A DNA stretch of 64,000 nucleotides from Ophelia neglecta (lineage: Eukaryota). Made by a program: the position numbers and the translations under genes. Below, piece after piece: positions 60,301 through 64,000 of the stretch; the stretch's first letter is position 1; every line of letters begins with the position of its first letter. A model generated the notes under the pieces. That model ran no database searches. It had not been told where the DNA came from and saw only the letters and a program-made list of their open reading frames with translations. Location: the NCBI GenBank assembly GCA_965285935.1, contig OZ260664.1, positions 52,762,001 through 52,826,000 on the forward strand, read 5' to 3'.

Positions 60301-63109
60301 TTTCCTGAGCAGAACCCCTTTGAGATGAACGTGAAGAGAACCCAGTACAAAGACTAATATCATCAGCACTAGATATTGTATGCCTCTTAGTGCTGCAATA
60401 TTCATCTCCCAGGGAACAGTCTGTTTTTGGTCTGTGCCTTAGATATGGTGAATTCATCAAGTTTACTGAAGGTAGTTTGGAGGCTTTTCGCTTGACTCTT
60501 GGCAATGTAGCATAAGGCTGTTGCTCTATCAAATGAGAAGTAGCAGCACTATCACTGTAGGACCTACGGACATGACTTGGATGAGAAGGTGGGTCAGGGG
60601 TCGGCAGGCCTGGAGGGGATTCTATCAGGCCAGGAGGTGTCGGTGGCTGATGTGCCATATAGTAAGCCTGCCAGACGTCATGAGATGGGTAATCACTCAG
60701 TGTGATAGAGGTGTTTATGGTAGGTGTATCAGAAGAGCCAGTCTGGTGTGACCAGTATCTAGTGTCCACTACAGTACTAAACGTATTACAGCCAGAGGGT
60801 ACACTAAGCTGTCTGTTATAAGAATGTGGGAAGCTGTAAATCTGAGAAGGAGATTTGCCATAATGGGAGGCTCTGTGTTTGAGCTTTCCTTCCTCTGTGA
60901 CTGGTGCCAACAGACATATCTCCCGAGTTGGGTGAACCATAAATTGGTGTCGAACAACATCCAAGGGCATTGCAAACTTTGCATGACAGTGGTAACATCT
61001 GACTGAACTGCATACATCGGCTAGACTCAGTAGCTCTCTGTGAATACAAAAGAATATATCTGTATCTAGGTTATGGTATCATCAAATATACAAACGACAT
61101 AAATCAATAGAATTAAATACCTTTACCGTAATACCTCTAATAATTTGTGCACCTAACATGAATTAATTTTATGGCTATGTGAAAACAATACATGTATATA
61201 AATCATCATTATTTGGGTAACTTCACTATAGCCTAACATTAATAATGTTGCATGTAAAAAAAAAATTAAAATCATATGAAACTATAAAGTGTAATACACT
61301 TTATAGTTTCATGATTTTAATTTTGAAATTTTTATTTTGAATACTCTAAACTTAGTATATTGATGAAATAACACAGGGTTCTAATTAATAGAGGCATTAC
61401 AGAACTTTCTATTTATTTTTCTTTAGAATATGCATATATGTGAATGATATTCAAATCCAATCGAGAATTAGTTTCAATTTTAAGAGAACCTTAAAAAGAG
61501 CCAGTCAAAATGTTAACTTACCACTTCATGTTCAGCTGTGAGTACAAAATATTGCAAATTGCAGGCAAACTGCATCATAAACACACCACAGTCAGCACTG
61601 TGCAAGTGGTATAGAACACTGTTTTCAAACATGTAATGTATGTAGGGAGCATAAACCATACAAAAAGAGAGGGAGGGTTCAAAATCAGGACATATTAAAT
61701 GCAATTGGGGAATATATTAGTAATGCTATAAGTCTTAAGTGAAAAAGATTTCTCTCAATACAAATGATGGATTATACATTATACAATCTTAACTGACAGT
61801 GGCTCTCATCAAATCACATAATAAGTACATCACTGCATTTGCAGTTGAATGGAAACATATTATTAAATTTGTACCAAGTTTGCAAAGGATGACAAAATTA
61901 TATATACAATCAATACTCATAAAGTCATCATATATAAAGGAACAGGAGACAACCGAATTGTACAAGTATACATATACAAAACTATTACAATGTTCACCCA
62001 AAAAAAAACAACGGGCTAAGGAAGTTACAGAAATATTCTCAGATCAAACGGAAGTAGTTTCTGTTGTCAAGCAGGAAACTGGGAGCAAATGCCTGAAACA
62101 TGCAGTTACCATGTTAGGAAATAGTAACATTGTACACATGACACATGCTTGTCCCCAAACACTGGAACATAAGGCTGGCACTTCAAGTATATAATGAACT
62201 CAAATTATACAAAATGTATGTACACACCCATCATGGTATTATAATAAAAAAAACTACATGCGATGTTGCTTGATCTACAGAACACACTGGGCACTTTTTC
62301 ACATTGAACATGCTCTGACACCGGAGCTATGGGGAAAATTTGATAACCATCCTGTCCTAACATGCTCAGATCTTACCACACAATTTTCATTCTTGTGTAT
62401 CAATTTCAAAAATTACACGGCAGTAATAATGTTTTATATGAATCTGTTATTTCTGATGAGATGCTCCCAAAATTCATCTCAAATAATCATCAAGCAGATC
62501 TCCATTGTGTGGCAATGACCTGTGGACACCAAACACACAGCAGTAGGTTGGTACTGGAGGGTTGGATACTCACTCAAGTAGCTGCCTGTCCCTATGTCCA
62601 CTTTGCCCCTGGCTACCGTCCCCATCGTTGTCATGCCGCGACACCATGATGCGAGGCCTTTGGCTTGCCCCTTTTCCTGACATTTTTGCCTGATGCTGGC
62701 TGACAACTCAGCTGCACAAACAGTCAGGGACAGGCACTACTGACCTCCACTAGCTACAACTGTGCTCACGACCACCAACCAACTACCGCTACAACAGCCT
62801 AATATGCTGCGGCAAAGTGCGAATGCTCAGCCAGCAAAATTGGGGCTGCCACTAGGGCGATGGAGCTGCATTCGGGACAGTGGCATGGAAACGGGTGGAA
62901 TAGCACTTCTTGCCTACAAAAGATAGAAAGGAGACAACCAGAGACCAGAGGCAACCACAACAGGCAGTGGAGGGATAGTACAGGGGTGTAGGTGGCTGTC
63001 TACCAGGGCTAGATACTCACTTCACAGGGCGCTTTGGAGTGCGGGCCTGTGCCTGTTCCAGACTGCGATCAGAGACACAGCCTAGCACCAGGCCTCGCAG
63101 CGAAGACAT
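54390..63109 (-). CDS. Rho GTPase-activating protein (RhoGAP domain, ARHGAP20/TAGAP-like) with alternative N-termini
   Basis: RhoGAP motifs VKFGVPL, EGVTTTDLFRRPG (arginine finger), TLASVVKKFLLKIP and NHSEYNTMSSEAVAKSVAGSLF. Core exons 59064-59127, 58480-58641, 58046-58155, 57546-57883, 56234-56311, 55301-55518, 54390-55010. Upstream phase-2 exons 60015-61037, 62574-62683 and 63021-63109. Orthology not certain. Confidence 0.85.
57216..57392. mobile_element. TcMar/Tigger-like MITE, TA target-site duplication
   Basis: TA-cagtgatctctgctatgcagggtc ... ggccctacattgcagggtccactg-TA. The ends are inverted repeats, and cattgcagg(t) motifs repeat internally. Confidence 0.8.
60015..61037 (-). CDS. 1023-nt symmetric (phase 2-2) exon of the RhoGAP gene: C2H2 zinc finger plus Ser/Pro-rich region
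   Basis: Acceptor ttcttttgtattcacag|A GAG CTA... is open and in frame with the track ORF 60011-60970. Donor CG|gtagag. Encodes CYHCHAKFAMPLDVVRHQFMVH. Confidence 0.8.
61126..61402. mobile_element. Tc2/pogo-like MITE with internal AT-rich hairpin
   Basis: TIRs ccgtaatacctctaataatt and aattaatagaggcattacag, with TA on the left. Internal near-perfect palindrome at 61262-61324. Confidence 0.65.
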
Positions 63110-64000
63110 GGACAACTCGCTGCTGAAGCAGACTCAGCAGTATTCTTACAATGGTGCAGTTCACATTGCGGTCCACTCTGCTGCCCTCTGGTGGTGCTCA
63201 TGCACAATGATTATGCACTGCCCAAACTTGGCAGGCCACACTAAACACAATGCACCAAACACAGCAATCTACAGGACAATGCTCCACAGCAGTTCCTTGT
63301 ATTATTTATCATCAGTAGTTTCTGAAAGAAAAAGACAAATTCCTTTTAAGAATGGTTATTACACAAATGGTGAAATTAATAGAAAGCAACATGCTCACTA
63401 CATTCTATAACTTTTGTACAATTGACTATTGTCAATTGGCTCAATTCAATAAGTTAAATATATATATATACCCAGTGTATACACATAGTATATGTGAAAT
63501 GTTCATCAATCACTAAAATCAACTGCAAAGTCCTTATATCAATAAATTTTCAAGGGTATAATCCATTACACTCTTGTACATTTAGCCCATTTGAAGCCTT
63601 GTGGTCTAAATGCACACATCATTAAGTCAATACAACATACATGATTGTGTACTGTAAGAACATAAATGTTAACTTAAAAATAAAATTCTCATTGCACAAT
63701 TAGTCATAAAATATTGTATTTTCCTTAAAAACATTTTTTCTTATATGTGACAGTAAAAAAGAGCTATAGAGATATTGAGTCTATAATGCCCCCTGCCTCT
63801 ATATTTCAGCCTCATAGCTCAAATATGTTTTCTGCCATCTAGTTAAGGAGTTTTTGTCACCATATTGCTGCAGAGGAAGTGGTATAGGCACTAGGGATGT
63901 GCCACCTACCTCAAACAATTTTCCCAGGTCTATGTACCACACCTGTACAAGATAGTTACTACGGCCCTAATGGTTGCCGAGCATTTCCCAAAACAAATGG

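Noticed and set aside
61522-61535. Small coding RhoGAP exon (cag|CTGAACATGAAGTG|gtaagt)
   Set aside because: Despite the good donor, it creates a stop or frameshift with the phase-2 neighbours. At most it is a UTR or poison exon.
63039-63410. 123-aa plus-strand ORF
   Set aside because: Non-ATG start, antisense to the RhoGAP first exon and no recognisable features.

Overview
Eukaryotic, AT-rich, intron-rich animal genomic DNA. It is most consistent with a lophotrochozoan, probably a mollusc, judging by gene content, intron density and SINE/MITE types; the taxon is an inference. Walking the splice sites by hand gives six protein-coding genes. (1) An uncharacterised 3-exon gene of about 288 aa (+, 564-2570). 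(2) SPAG17/PF6 central-pair protein (-, 41 exons, about 2330 aa, 6704-28887). (3) An intronless MECR (+, 30394-31530). (4) OSCP1 (-, 9 exons, 34387-42630). (5) A CYP39A1-like clan-7 P450 (+, 13 exons, 44217-49271). (6) A RhoGAP gene (-, 54390-63109). SPAG17/MECR and OSCP1/CYP39A1 are head-to-head pairs. The most striking observations are as follows. The RhoGAP gene has two alternative phase-2 first coding exons plus a 1023-nt frame-preserving cassette exon that encodes a canonical C2H2 zinc finger, which the ORF track cuts in half. MECR looks like a retrogene beside the SPAG17 promoter. SPAG17 has a 21-nt microexon and an obligatory GC-AG intron. There is also a CpG-rich, promoter-like island between two convergent 3' ends. 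Several MITEs, a SINE fragment, a probable LINE 3' end and a minisatellite are present. No CRISPR, rRNA or tRNA genes were recognised. Most short ORFs in the supplied track are exon fragments or noise.
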